A stretch of 62,672 bases of DNA, taken from the IMG/VR virus record IMGVR_UViG_3300028590_000016, positions 1-62,672 of that record. One strand, 5' to 3'. A program made the position numbers and the translations under genes. Below the pieces are notes generated by a model. The model worked only from the letters and a program-made list of their open reading frames with translations. It made no database searches and had not been told where the DNA came from. How positions within the stretch are numbered: position 1 is the stretch's first letter; every line of letters starts with the position of its first letter. This DNA comes from a virus (Duplodnaviria; Caudoviricetes). Shown piece after piece: positions 45,932 to 55,297 of this stretch.

Positions 45932-48849
45932 TGCGCGCGACCGAGATAGCAAAGCTGCTGGCGAGACAGGCCGAGGATGTAGCGCGGAAACTTCTGCCGA
46001 ACGGGAAGCGCCACGGGCGGGAATGGAAAGTGGGCAGCGTCGGGGGCGAGGCTGGGGAATCTCTTGGCGTTTGCCTCAGTGGCGATCGTGCCGGAGCATG
46101 GGCTGATTTCAGTACTGGCGATACCGGCGACCTTATCGGGCTATGGATGGCTGTAGCGAATCTGGACTTGCGGGAGGCATGCGAGGAAGCGATTGCGTAT
46201 CTTGGCGTCGCTGAACATCGCGTCGAGAATCCGAAACCAGCCTACAAACGCCCGACGAAGGAGAACGTCAGCAAGCTCAGCGACGAGCACTATGCATGGC
46301 TGACCGAAGTACGATTGATCGCGCCGGCAACGATTGCGGCGTACAAGCTCGCGACGAAGGCCACCGGGCGCGGTGTCGCGCTGATGTTCCCATACCTGCG
46401 TGATGGCGAATTGCTCGCGGCGAAATATCGCGGAGCGCCTGAGAAAACCTTTTGGACCGACTCAGAGTGCGAGCCGTGCTTGTTCGGCTGGCAGGCTATC
46501 CCGGCAGCGCAGCGCGAATTGGTGCTCTGTGAGGGAGAGCTAGACGCACTGGCATGGCACACATTCGGTCATGCCGCGCTATCGGTTCCGTTCGGAGGCG
46601 GCGGTGGCAACAAGCAGCAGTGGGTGCCAAATGAGTTCGACAGGCTTGCGCGCTATGACGTGCTGTACCTGTCCATGGACATGGACAAGTCTGGACAGGA
46701 GGCGGTTGCTGAACTGGTCAGTCGTCTCGGCCGTGAGCGCTGCCGTATAGTCGAACTGCCACGCAAGGACGCGAACCAATGCCTGATCGATGGCTTCACC
46801 GTCGAGGACATGGCGGCAGCAAAGAAGCGCGCTCGCACGCTGGACCCCGCCGAACTTCGCAATGCTGGCGAGTTCGAGGATGCGGTGTGGGCCGAGTTCA
46901 ACCGCACTGACGAAGGCCTGAGACTCCCTTGGCGGAAAACACACGATTCGCTTTTGCTCAGGGCCGGCGAGACGTCTTTTTGGGCGGGTGTGAACGGGCA
47001 CGGGAAAGCGCTCAGTTTGGACACAAGAATCCCGACGCCCTCTGGCTGGTCGACGATGGGTGACTTGAAACCGGGGGATTGGGTTTTTGACGAAAACGGG
47101 ATGCCGTGCGAGGTCGTTGCGCAAACAGCGGTGATGCTAGAACGGCCGGTCTTCAAAATCACATTCTCTGACGGCTCGGAAATTGTGGCCGACGCTGAAC
47201 ACGAATGGCTTACTTTCACAGCAAAAGCCAGGCAAAGCTTTCGCAATGCCAAGATGAACAGCCGTCTCGAAGGGGGCGCCACAAAAAGATTTGGGAGCGA
47301 CCAAAGCCACAAGAGAACCAAGCCATCCATTGTCACGACAGCTCAAATCGCCAGCGGCGTATTCGTAACTGGCGGCTGCTGGGAAGGGCTTTCGGAGCAT
47401 AGCATTCAAGTTTCTGGCCCCCTTCAGTGCGAACTAGTCGAATTGCCAGTCGACCCTTACTTGCTTGGTGTTTGGCTTGGCGATGGGACGACAGCCAGTT
47501 CAGCGATAACCACCGCTGACACCGAGATAGTTCAGAGGTTCACAAGGGCTGGGCACATTGTTACGAAACTTTCATCTCCGTACGGATACGGAATCACGGG
47601 AGGCCACTTTGTCCGAGGACTAAAGACGGCGAGAGTCTTAGGCAACAAGCATATCCCTGCGATTTATTTGAGAGCCAGTTTCGAGCAGCGACTAGCGCTT
47701 CTGCAGGGGCTGATGGACACTGATGGACACGTCACTGCATACGGAAGATGCGAGTTCACAAACACAAACAAGCGACTTGCCGATGCAGTTCTTGAGCTTG
47801 TCCTGTCGCTCGGCATTCAGGCCAAGATGATCGGCGGACGGGCTATGCTGTATGGGAAGGATTGTGGCCCCAAGTACCGGATCACGTTCACGCCGGATTT
47901 GCCTGTCGCGACTCTACCTCGCAAAGCGGCACGGCTTCGCAAAGTAATTTCAGATCGAGTCAAGCACCGATTCATAGTTGGATGTCAGCCGGTAGAATCA
48001 GTGCCAGTCAAATGTATCCAAGTGAATTCTAAGAGCCATATGTACTTGGCTGGCGAAACAATGATCCCCACGCACAACAGCGCCGTGGTCAGCCACATCG
48101 TCGGATCATTGGCTTGTGATGGGGTGCTTTGTTGCGTCGCCTCGATGGAGTTTCGAACGTCGAAATGGCTCATGCGAATGGCTCGACAGATCGCTGCGCG
48201 CAGCGATCCAACTGAAGTGTACGTGCGGCATATCGTTCAATGTTTGGCTGAATCGCTTTGGACTTTTGACGTAGCAGGGCGCGCAAAGGCAGATAGAATT
48301 CTTGAGGTCTTTGAATACGCTCGTAGGCGATATGGGATCGAGCTTTTTGTTCTCGACAACCTCACGAAGTGCGGTTTCGCCGACGATGATTTTCCGGGGC
48401 AGAAAGCTTTCGTTGAGACGTTGACCGACTTCGCGCGGGATACACGGACACATGTAGCGGTGGTCGCTCATATGCGCAAAGGTGAATCAGAAGACAAGCC
48501 GTCAGGCAAGTTCGGTGTCAAGGGTTCGGGCGGCATCATCGACATGTGCGATACGCTCGTCGAGGTCTGGCGCAACAAGAAGCGCGAGGCGGCAATTCGT
48601 ATCGCGAAAGAGACTGGCAATCCAATTGATCCGGACTACGCTGATCAGGCAGACACGATGCTGTATGTCCGCAAGCAGCGCGAGACCGGCATTGAACCAG
48701 CGATCAAGCTTTGGTTCGATCCTGACTCGACGCAGTTCCTTGGGAAGGCCGATCACAGGGCGCTGCCGCTGTTGAATCGGACGTGCGTCCCGGTGCAGGA
48801 CGATGGCGGGGCGAATGGCGCTCACGGATATGAGGCAAACGTGCAATGA
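45931..48849 (+). CDS. Toprim primase-SF4 helicase with intein
   Basis: CEGELDAL, DMD..G (Toprim); Walker A GVNGHGK|S; LDNL, VAH.RK, VKGSG.I.D. Confidence 0.9.
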   Translation: MRATEIAKLLARQAEDVARKLLPNGKRHGREWKVGSVGGEAGESLGVCLSGDRAGAWADFSTGDTGDLIGLWMAVANLDLREACEEAIAYLGVAEHRVENPKPAYKRPTKENVSKLSDEHYAWLTEVRLIAPATIAAYKLATKATGRGVALMFPYLRDGELLAAKYRGAPEKTFWTDSECEPCLFGWQAIPAAQRELVLCEGELDALAWHTFGHAALSVPFGGGGGNKQQWVPNEFDRLARYDVLYLSMDMDKSGQEAVAELVSRLGRERCRIVELPRKDANQCLIDGFTVEDMAAAKKRARTLDPAELRNAGEFEDAVWAEFNRTDEGLRLPWRKTHDSLLLRAGETSFWAGVNGHGKALSLDTRIPTPSGWSTMGDLKPGDWVFDENGMPCEVVAQTAVMLERPVFKITFSDGSEIVADAEHEWLTFTAKARQSFRNAKMNSRLEGGATKRFGSDQSHKRTKPSIVTTAQIASGVFVTGGCWEGLSEHSIQVSGPLQCELVELPVDPYLLGVWLGDGTTASSAITTADTEIVQRFTRAGHIVTKLSSPYGYGITGGHFVRGLKTARVLGNKHIPAIYLRASFEQRLALLQGLMDTDGHVTAYGRCEFTNTNKRLADAVLELVLSLGIQAKMIGGRAMLYGKDCGPKYRITFTPDLPVATLPRKAARLRKVISDRVKHRFIVGCQPVESVPVKCIQVNSKSHMYLAGETMIPTHNSAVVSHIVGSLACDGVLCCVASMEFRTSKWLMRMARQIAARSDPTEVYVRHIVQCLAESLWTFDVAGRAKADRILEVFEYARRRYGIELFVLDNLTKCGFADDDFPGQKAFVETLTDFARDTRTHVAVVAHMRKGESEDKPSGKFGVKGSGGIIDMCDTLVEVWRNKKREAAIRIAKETGNPIDPDYADQADTMLYVRKQRETGIEPAIKLWFDPDSTQFLGKADHRALPLLNRTCVPVQDDGGANGAHGYEANVQ
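47008..48078 (+). mobile_element. Class 3 intein (Ala1) with LAGLIDADG homing endonuclease, 357 aa
   Basis: Begins ALSLDT, has HEW and VKCIQV, ends PTHN before Ser; LGVWLGDG and LQGLMDTDG. Confidence 0.9.
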
Positions 48850-49535
48850 ACCTAGTTCAAAAGTTTCAACGCAACACGATTGGCCGCGACTTCATCGTGG
48901 GCGATATTCACGGGCGGTTCGATCTGCTGGATACGCTGATGGCACAAGTCGGGTTCGATTGCGAGACCGACCGCATGTTCAGCGTCGGCGATTTGGTGGA
49001 TCGCGGCGTGCTGAGCCATCAAGCGGTGGACTACCTGCGGCATCCGTGGTTCCACGCCCTGCGCGGCAACCATGAGCAGATGGCAATCGACTTTGCTACG
49101 ACGCAGAGTGGCGCAAACTTTCTGACGAGCAACGGCGGCGCATGGTTTGTCATGCGCTCGCTGGAAGAACAGTTGCGAATCGCAGAGGCTTTCGAGGAAT
49201 TGCCGTTCGCCTTCGAGATTGAGTGCGACATCGGCGCGCCCTGCGGGCTTGTAGGAGTCGTGCACGCCTGCTGCTGCTACGAGAGTTGGGCCGAGTTCAA
49301 GGAACGGCTTGTTTCGCAGCACGTGCGTGACGGCGCGATTTGGGCGCGGTCTAAGGCTGTGCACGTTGCTGGTGTCGACAAGGTGTTCATCGGCCACACG
49401 ATCGTGCAGCAACCGCACGCGAGCGAAAACGTGATCAATCTGGATACGGGCGCGTACCGAACTGGCGTGCTGACATGCGCTGAGTTGTCGAACCCGCTCA
49501 CGATCCATTGGACTAGCCCGGAGTCACCGAAGTGA
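48846..49535 (+). CDS. Metallophosphoesterase (lambda NinI-like phosphatase)
   Basis: GDIHG, GDLVDRG, RGNHE, GHT, DTGA. Confidence 0.92.
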   Translation: MNLVQKFQRNTIGRDFIVGDIHGRFDLLDTLMAQVGFDCETDRMFSVGDLVDRGVLSHQAVDYLRHPWFHALRGNHEQMAIDFATTQSGANFLTSNGGAWFVMRSLEEQLRIAEAFEELPFAFEIECDIGAPCGLVGVVHACCCYESWAEFKERLVSQHVRDGAIWARSKAVHVAGVDKVFIGHTIVQQPHASENVINLDTGAYRTGVLTCAELSNPLTIHWTSPESPK

Positions 49536-50002
49536 GCGCGCCGCGCTACATCCTCCGTGCGGGCGACATCAACCGCCTCAACGTGGCGCGCAATGCGATT
49601 GCGGCTATCGAGAGGTTGGACACGAAGCGAACCTTCGTCGTCGAAATCAAGCAGTACCAGAAGCCACGCAGCGACGTCCAGAACAAAGCCTTGTGGGGAT
49701 GCGCATACAAGGCGCTGCTAGACCAGACCGGCAACGACCCCGAGGACTTGCACGAGTTTTTCTGCGGCGAGTTCTTCGGATGGAACGAAACCGAGGTCAT
49801 GGGGCGGATCAAGAAGCGACCGCGCCGAACGACGACGACTGACGAGGACGGGAAGCGCGACCTGATGTCGACGCTGTGGTTCTACGACTTCTACGAGTAC
49901 ATCCAACGCAAGAGCGCTGAGAACGGATTCGAGGTGCCGGACCCTGATCCGTTCTGGAAGGATCACAAGGACGCGGCGCGCAGCACAAAGGGGGCAGTCT
50001 AG
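49532..50002 (+). CDS. ninB: NinB-like recombination protein
   Basis: RS..QN..LW; HE.F; position in nin region. Confidence 0.75.
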   Translation: MSAPRYILRAGDINRLNVARNAIAAIERLDTKRTFVVEIKQYQKPRSDVQNKALWGCAYKALLDQTGNDPEDLHEFFCGEFFGWNETEVMGRIKKRPRRTTTTDEDGKRDLMSTLWFYDFYEYIQRKSAENGFEVPDPDPFWKDHKDAARSTKGAV

Positions 50003-50325
50003 TGGCAGCGTTGCCGAAAAAGATGCCCCGCAAGCGCACTACGCGAAAGACAAAGCTACGCAGCGAGGCGATAGATCGGGTCTGTCAGATTCGATTGGAG
50101 GGCTGCCACAACGTGCCTACGTGTTTGTGCCATTGGCGGCAAATCGACATCAGCGGGATGGGGCTGAAGTCGTTCGATATCTTCGGCGCGTGGGGCTGTG
50201 CGTACTGCCATGAAATCGTTGACCGTATTGGTCGAGGCGATCTTCAGGTGCAGTTGGACTTCGCGAGGGCCGTGTTCAGGACTCAGGCCATACTCGTATC
50301 AGAAGGAAAGATTTCCTATGGCTAG
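50002..50325 (+). CDS. DUF1364/YbcO-like nuclease-fold protein
   Basis: CQIRL.GC, H, GMGLK..D..GAW.C..CH..VD. Confidence 0.85.
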   Translation: MAALPKKMPRKRTTRKTKLRSEAIDRVCQIRLEGCHNVPTCLCHWRQIDISGMGLKSFDIFGAWGCAYCHEIVDRIGRGDLQVQLDFARAVFRTQAILVSEGKISYG

Positions 50326-50581
50326 AAATGCTAGGTTGTTCGATCATCAGATCAGGGCTGCATACGCAGAATTGACGTCGACTGCGCGAGACATGTGGAT
50401 CGTAGATTTGAACTTCGGCGGGCTACAGATCCATTTTCGTAGACCTCGATCATTCGTGACACAGGTGTATGTTGGGCGCTTCTGCCGTATCGGCAATGGC
50501 GCCTTGGACATTTCGCAAGAGGACTTTACGAAAGAGGTCCGCTACGCTGAGGATGTTTTGCAGGGACGGAGAGCGGCATGA
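50318..50581 (+). CDS. Hypothetical protein
   Basis: Coupled ORF. Confidence 0.55.
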   Translation: MARNARLFDHQIRAAYAELTSTARDMWIVDLNFGGLQIHFRRPRSFVTQVYVGRFCRIGNGALDISQEDFTKEVRYAEDVLQGRRAA

Positions 50582-51084
50582 CGCTTCGGGTGACATTGGG
50601 TGTCGATCCGGGGCAGACTGGCGCTATCGCGATTCTGGCTGATGAGGTGTTCAGCAAGTTCATCGACATGCCGGTGCTGAAACGGTCGGCTGGGGGCATG
50701 CATGTCGACGCTGTGACGCTGGCTGCCGCGCTACGTGGCATCTTCAGTTCGTACCCTGGCGCAAACGTATTGGCGGTGCTTGAGGAAGTCGCAGCGAGGC
50801 CGGGGCAAGGCGTATCGGCGATGTTCCGGTTCGGCGAGTCCTACGGTGTTGTGCGTGGTGTTCTCGGCGCGCTTGGCATCCCCTTCCTTCAAGTCTCGCC
50901 AGCAGTCTGGAAGCGCAACATGCAGTTGCTTGGGAAGGACAAGGATTGCGCGCGGACGTGCGCTATCAACAGGCATCCGAGCGCTGCGCCAGAACTGATC
51001 CGCAAGAAAGACGTTGGTCGCGCCGATGCGCTACTGATCGCAACATGGGCGCACAATACCGAGCAAGCGGCGAGGCTGAAATGA
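50578..51084 (+). CDS. RuvC-like Holliday junction resolvase
   Basis: LGVDPG..GAIA, E.V..RPGQG..SMF.FG, P.VWK, GRADALLIA. Confidence 0.88.
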   Translation: MTLRVTLGVDPGQTGAIAILADEVFSKFIDMPVLKRSAGGMHVDAVTLAAALRGIFSSYPGANVLAVLEEVAARPGQGVSAMFRFGESYGVVRGVLGALGIPFLQVSPAVWKRNMQLLGKDKDCARTCAINRHPSAAPELIRKKDVGRADALLIATWAHNTEQAARLK

Positions 51085-51314
51085 GGGGCCGCATGTATGA
51101 ATTCGAGGGCCAGATGCGCACGATATCGCAGATCCGGCGGATGATTCCGGCGCTTGGTGAGAGCGCGATTCAGATGCGGGTGGATCGTGGTATGACGACG
51201 AGAAGTGCGATGCTGTCGTTCGACTCCCGCGCAGCGATGAGGACAGGCGGGCGAAAAAGTCGTAGCAGCTTCGGCGACACGTTTTCGTTCGGCGAAAAAA
51301 CGAAACCTCTGTGA
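51081..51314 (+). CDS. Hypothetical protein
   Basis: YEFEGQMRT; coupled. Confidence 0.6.
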   Translation: MRGRMYEFEGQMRTISQIRRMIPALGESAIQMRVDRGMTTRSAMLSFDSRAAMRTGGRKSRSSFGDTFSFGEKTKPL

Positions 51315-51562
51315 ACGCAGACGAATACACAGGTCCGGAGCGGAACTGCGAGGTGGCGGCGGCGAAGCGGTTGCGATCGGCGATGTTGAAGAAAGGCCCG
51401 TGTTTTTTCTGCATGCATCTTATTGAGGGATTCGAGCTTGCGGCGTGTTCGACGTTTGGGCGTTCGTTCCCGCTGTGTTCTGCTGACGGGCTTAGGCCGG
51501 CGTTCGAACTTGACGATGCCGCGATGCAGAAAAGCGAAGACGAAGGAGTGAGCCATGGGTGA
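51311..51562 (+). CDS. Hypothetical Cys-rich protein
   Basis: C..C.H..FP.C..F.LD. Confidence 0.6.
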   Translation: MNADEYTGPERNCEVAAAKRLRSAMLKKGPCFFCMHLIEGFELAACSTFGRSFPLCSADGLRPAFELDDAAMQKSEDEGVSHG

Positions 51563-52115
51563 AACTGCGATCGTTCGGGATGGGGCAGCGCTACCGCCAG
51601 AGGTCGCACGGCTGCTGCGCAAATGGGGCCGAGTCTTCGGGCCGTCGCGCATTGCGGAGTGGGACGAGGACTCAAGCATGGGGTTGGGCGGACGGTCGGA
51701 TGCGTTGGTGCAGTTGCTACGCGTCGGCAAGGGCGCCCAATCACTGATGCAGGGTAGGTCGCCGGTCTGGACGAGAGACGGCGACGGCAAGCGAGTGCTT
51801 GACCGTGCCGCGATGGCACCGCACCAATGCTTCGGCGTCGAGAGTCGAGTGAGTGGCGAGCGGCCATGGATCGTCGATCCGGAAGCCGAGTATGTCGATA
51901 GGCTTTGGTGCCAGCTACACCGCGAGAACGAAGTTCCGGCGATCGTGCTTCGAATGGAATACTGCGTCTACGGGCCGCGTAGGATGAAGGTCGGATGGGT
52001 CAACAACTGCGAAGGCATCGAACGCGTGTCCATTCGTCGCTACGCCTCGCACCTTGAGACGGCACGTGACTGGATGGCCGACGCGATCACAGGCAAGAGG
52101 CGCCGCGCAGCGTGA
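51555..52115 (+). CDS. Possible late regulator (Q-like position)
   Basis: LL.KWG N-terminus, LRMEY, Y...L..AR C-terminus; follows nin genes. Confidence 0.45.
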   Translation: MGETAIVRDGAALPPEVARLLRKWGRVFGPSRIAEWDEDSSMGLGGRSDALVQLLRVGKGAQSLMQGRSPVWTRDGDGKRVLDRAAMAPHQCFGVESRVSGERPWIVDPEAEYVDRLWCQLHRENEVPAIVLRMEYCVYGPRRMKVGWVNNCEGIERVSIRRYASHLETARDWMADAITGKRRRAA

Positions 52116-52543
52116 ACGAATGTCTTGGGGGGCGATACGCCCGGCACGGGGTCACGTACACAGATGCATGGTTCCTCTACGCGGTACTGGCGGATACGAG
52201 GCGTCCCATATTCGTTGCAAAAGTCGGGATCAGTACAACGCCGCTCCGGCGCATCGCGGCAGTGCATGAAGCGTCACCATTCCCCATCGTCGCCGGCATA
52301 TGGGCAATGGTCGGTGGTCGCAGCGCAGCAGCATCCGCAGAAGCGCGAATCCGAAAGGCGTTCTCTGATCGCCGCACGCAAGCGGATTGGTACGAGTTCG
52401 ACCAGACGAGCCACGACGATCGGTCACGGTTCAACCTGACGATTCGTTCGCTCGCTGCCGCAGCAGCACATCGCCCGCTCGAATGGCATCGGCTGCAACA
52501 GGGCGAAATCCAGCGCTACTTAGCCGCTGCGAAGCTGGTTTGA
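52112..52543 (+). CDS. GIY-YIG (T5orf172-like) protein
   Basis: LYAV..KVGIS..P.RR, AE..I...F..RR...DWY. Confidence 0.65.
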   Translation: MNECLGGRYARHGVTYTDAWFLYAVLADTRRPIFVAKVGISTTPLRRIAAVHEASPFPIVAGIWAMVGGRSAAASAEARIRKAFSDRRTQADWYEFDQTSHDDRSRFNLTIRSLAAAAAHRPLEWHRLQQGEIQRYLAAAKLV

Positions 52544-52561
52544 AATAGTTCCAGAAAATGC

Positions 52562-52590
52562 TTGACATCTGTTCTTGGCGTACGTACGCT
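52562..52590 (+). promoter_or_regulatory. Sigma70-like promoter
   Basis: TTGACA-17-TACGCT with A-rich upstream sequence. Confidence 0.65.
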
Positions 52591-52620
52591 GAAACTACAC
52601 AAACGGCGAGACTTCAGTGC

Positions 52621-52875
52621 ATGGACACGCTTGATCGCATATGGGAAATCTGCCAACTCGGCGAGGAAGATGCCTTGAGCAAGATCGCTGACGTGATCGG
52701 AATGACGGATGTCGAGAAGGAGCGTGACGAGCTTGCGCGTGAACTCAAGATTTGGCAGGAGGCGGTTGAAGGGCTTTCGATCTTGGATGATGCAGGGTAT
52801 TTCTATGACCGGGGGGAATGCGTCAAGACTCGTGTCGAGACCATCAAGGCCCAACATCAGGGGGAGAAAGCGTGA
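52621..52875 (+). CDS. Hypothetical protein
   Basis: First ORF after promoter. Confidence 0.6.
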   Translation: MDTLDRIWEICQLGEEDALSKIADVIGMTDVEKERDELARELKIWQEAVEGLSILDDAGYFYDRGECVKTRVETIKAQHQGEKA

Positions 52876-53234
52876 TCCCGCCGGCCAACACTCCAATGTT
52901 CATTCCTTGCGCTGATCAGCAGAGGGCAGCCGAGAATAGCTTTTGGAATCCAGCGATTGGTTTGTGGGTTGAGCCGAACCCCGAATACGTAGTCGGCTAC
53001 GGCCTTGCAGCCATGTACCAGCAAGTTGCGGCCGCTATGTGCAACGCATCCGGTTTTATCGCGGCTGCCGAAGCCGCAATCCGCTACGACGAGGCGATCC
53101 AGTCCTGTGTAGGCGACCCGGATCGAATGAGTTCGTACTGTACCGCTGAGGGCGATGACCTAGATGCTCTGTACGCCGACTGGATCGGCAAGTCTCGCGC
53201 AGTATTGGCGAAGATCAAAGGAGATATTAAGTGA
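52872..53234 (+). CDS. Hypothetical protein
   Basis: Coupled ORF. Confidence 0.6.
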   Translation: MIPPANTPMFIPCADQQRAAENSFWNPAIGLWVEPNPEYVVGYGLAAMYQQVAAAMCNASGFIAAAEAAIRYDEAIQSCVGDPDRMSSYCTAEGDDLDALYADWIGKSRAVLAKIKGDIK

Positions 53235-53371
53235 CAAACTTCCTAATTCTGCTAGCCACTGTCCTGGCGTTCGTTTCTCTGATCGTATGGGCGAGTGGGT
53301 CGAATTCTGGCTGGCCTGACTCGGACGACGACGGTGACGGTGACGGTGACTATTCGGGGAAGTGGAAATGA
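53231..53371 (+). CDS. Small membrane peptide with acidic DG-repeat tail
   Basis: 46 aa; coupled at both ends. Confidence 0.55.
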   Translation: MTNFLILLATVLAFVSLIVWASGSNSGWPDSDDDGDGDGDYSGKWK

Positions 53372-53565
53372 GCCAACCTATTCCGAAGATTAGCTTACCA
53401 ATGAAGATCGTCGGCGGTTTCGTGGTGATCGTTTCGGCGCTGACTTTGGCGCCTGTGGCGGTTCTTTGTCGCGGCATAGGCTTCATTTGTCGGCTCATGC
53501 AGTTCCATTTCACGAAGGGCATGGACGACTACGACACGCTTGCAGACAAGGTGAGAACGCCGTGA
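53368..53565 (+). CDS. Small membrane protein
   Basis: Hydrophobic; coupled. Confidence 0.55.
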   Translation: MSQPIPKISLPMKIVGGFVVIVSALTLAPVAVLCRGIGFICRLMQFHFTKGMDDYDTLADKVRTP

Positions 53566-53801
53566 CCGCCGAGAAAGAACCGAAGGCAAGCCGATATCCG
53601 TGGGCTGAGGCGCCGGATTGGGCCGAGTACGCGGCGACGGATCGTGACGGTGAAGCGGTGTGGTATGAGCGGCAGCCACGGCTTAGCCAGCAATTCGGCT
53701 GGTGGCATGTAAGCTATGGCGGGCGCCAGCAATCGGTTCGCTCTGAGTGGCCCGTGCCGGGCGTAGAAGACTACAAAACCAGCCTTGAGGTCCGCCCATG
53801 A
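53562..53801 (+). CDS. Conserved phage hypothetical protein
   Basis: W.EAPDWA...ATD.DG..WY..P; SLE.RP. Confidence 0.7.
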   Translation: MTAEKEPKASRYPWAEAPDWAEYAATDRDGEAVWYERQPRLSQQFGWWHVSYGGRQQSVRSEWPVPGVEDYKTSLEVRP

Positions 53802-54136
53802 CCACAGTCCGCGAAGTCCTGATCGCCGCTCGCGCGAAGATCGCGGGGCCGGATGCGATTACTTTTGCCGGGCTGGCCGTGAATGACATGAACATCGTAT
53901 GCGATCCGCGAAGCGAGGGCGCTGTTGCCTGGAACGGCGAGGGCGCAGTGTTCTCCATGACTGGCGACGATCCGTACAAGATCGGATACGGCGAGGCGAT
54001 GGGAACACTCGCCGCACTCCATGCATTAGACGATCAGGTCGGCGGCATCCGCGTTGGCAAGGTTGCCGCTGGCATGACGCAAGACGGGATTCTGGCTATT
54101 TTCGATCGCGCCATAGCCGCTCAAGGTGCCGCATGA
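53798..54136 (+). CDS. DUF6197-like paralog
   Basis: TVREVLIAARAKI..ILAIFDRAIAA. Confidence 0.65.
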   Translation: MTTVREVLIAARAKIAGPDAITFAGLAVNDMNIVCDPRSEGAVAWNGEGAVFSMTGDDPYKIGYGEAMGTLAALHALDDQVGGIRVGKVAAGMTQDGILAIFDRAIAAQGAA

Positions 54137-54459
54137 AGACGACACTGCAAATCCTGATCGATGCACGGGCACTGTTGAAGGGTGGCGGTAAATGGTGTAA
54201 GGGTGCCAATGCCCGTGGGATGCGAGGAACCCGAGTTGACCCGAACGGTAAGTATGCGGTTTGTTTCTGCGCTCAAGGTGCGCTATTCCGCGTTGCTGGG
54301 CGTCAGGGGATCTTTGGAGCAACGACGGCGCTTCAGAATTTCACGCTGCCTATGACGCTGCTGGAGTTCAACGACCAAAGCCACCGCACGAAGCGCGAGG
54401 TCATCGCCCTTTTCACGCAGGCTATCAAGGCGGAGAGGAAGCATGAACTCCACGCGTGA
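54133..54459 (+). CDS. DUF6197-like paralog
   Basis: WCKG..AR, CFCAQGAL, FND...T..EVIALF..AI. Confidence 0.7.
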   Translation: MKTTLQILIDARALLKGGGKWCKGANARGMRGTRVDPNGKYAVCFCAQGALFRVAGRQGIFGATTALQNFTLPMTLLEFNDQSHRTKREVIALFTQAIKAERKHELHA

Positions 54460-54736
54460 AGTCCTAGTCGCGGCACGGAAGCGGATAGAGCGCGTGATCA
54501 ACAGCTATACGGCTTTCACGGCTACTTTGAAGCTACAGGATGCTTGCCATCAATGTGGGCAGCCGGGCTTGTACAGAGATGCGTATCGCGCTCTGCTGGG
54601 CGAAGCAACTGCTTCAAATCTTAGTGGCGGACCGGCTGAAATTGGTAGTCTCGCAGATATCGCCAGAGCCATTGGCAAGGAAGCCACGCTAGCCCTGTTC
54701 GATCGCGCCATCGCGGCGCAAAAGGAAGTGCCATGA
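54443..54736 (+). CDS. DUF6197-like paralog (divergent)
   Basis: STREVLVAARKRI..LALFDRAIAA. Confidence 0.62.
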   Translation: MNSTREVLVAARKRIERVINSYTAFTATLKLQDACHQCGQPGLYRDAYRALLGEATASNLSGGPAEIGSLADIARAIGKEATLALFDRAIAAQKEVP

Positions 54737-54738
54737 TG

Positions 54739-55185
54739 CTGGAATTAGCTGGTCTGGCCGAGTCGAATTCGTGAAATTCGACCGAAACTCAGACAGGCTA
54801 ATTTCAGACAACAGAAGACATAAAGGATCTTTGGGACACCCTATGGGAGCTAAGCTCGTACCTTCATGCTGGTATCGCTCTGGAACTGTCCGGATCGGTT
54901 TCCCATCCATAGGACTCCGACAAGTCACCCACGTGTCCGCTAACCCGGTTTTGAAGGCGCCGATCCTCAAAGCGCCCGAAAGCGATAGCCTATTCTGACG
55001 TGCAGGCGGCCGACCCCATGACTACGCGCGTCTTGGCGCTGGGGTGGCAAGGGGATGGAAGGGTAGGTTAGACTTACGAAACAGTTTGGTGTCTGCGGCC
55101 CTTGCAACACCAGATTGGGCCGGTCGAGCGTCTAACTCGACCGGCCACCTGATCATACACCGCTGGAATGGAAGCCAGTGGTGTG
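54739..55185 (+). ncRNA. Candidate large structured ncRNA(s) upstream of the tRNA cluster
   Basis: More than 10 nested stems; no credible ORF. Confidence 0.6.
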
Positions 55186-55206
55186 AAGTTCGCAATAGAT
55201 AGTTTT

Positions 55207-55293
55207 GGTGCGTTCCGCTAGGTGGCTAGCAGCCGGTCTTGAAAACCGGAGGTGACCGCAAGGTTAAGGGTTCGACTCCTTAGCGCACCGCCA
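55207..55293 (+). tRNA. tRNA-Ser(TGA)
   Basis: Cloverleaf, CCGGT-CTTGAAA-ACCGG, long variable arm, TTCGACT, GCCA. Confidence 0.9.
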
Positions 55294-55297
55294 AATT

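Noticed and set aside
53324-53350. GACGGT tandem repeat as CRISPR or contingency locus
   Set aside because: Only three units, encoding DGDGDG in a small membrane peptide
54754-54790. CTGGCCGA-stem-CGAAAC as a second hammerhead
   Set aside because: Core deviates from CUGANGA and no stem III/cleavage site arrangement was found
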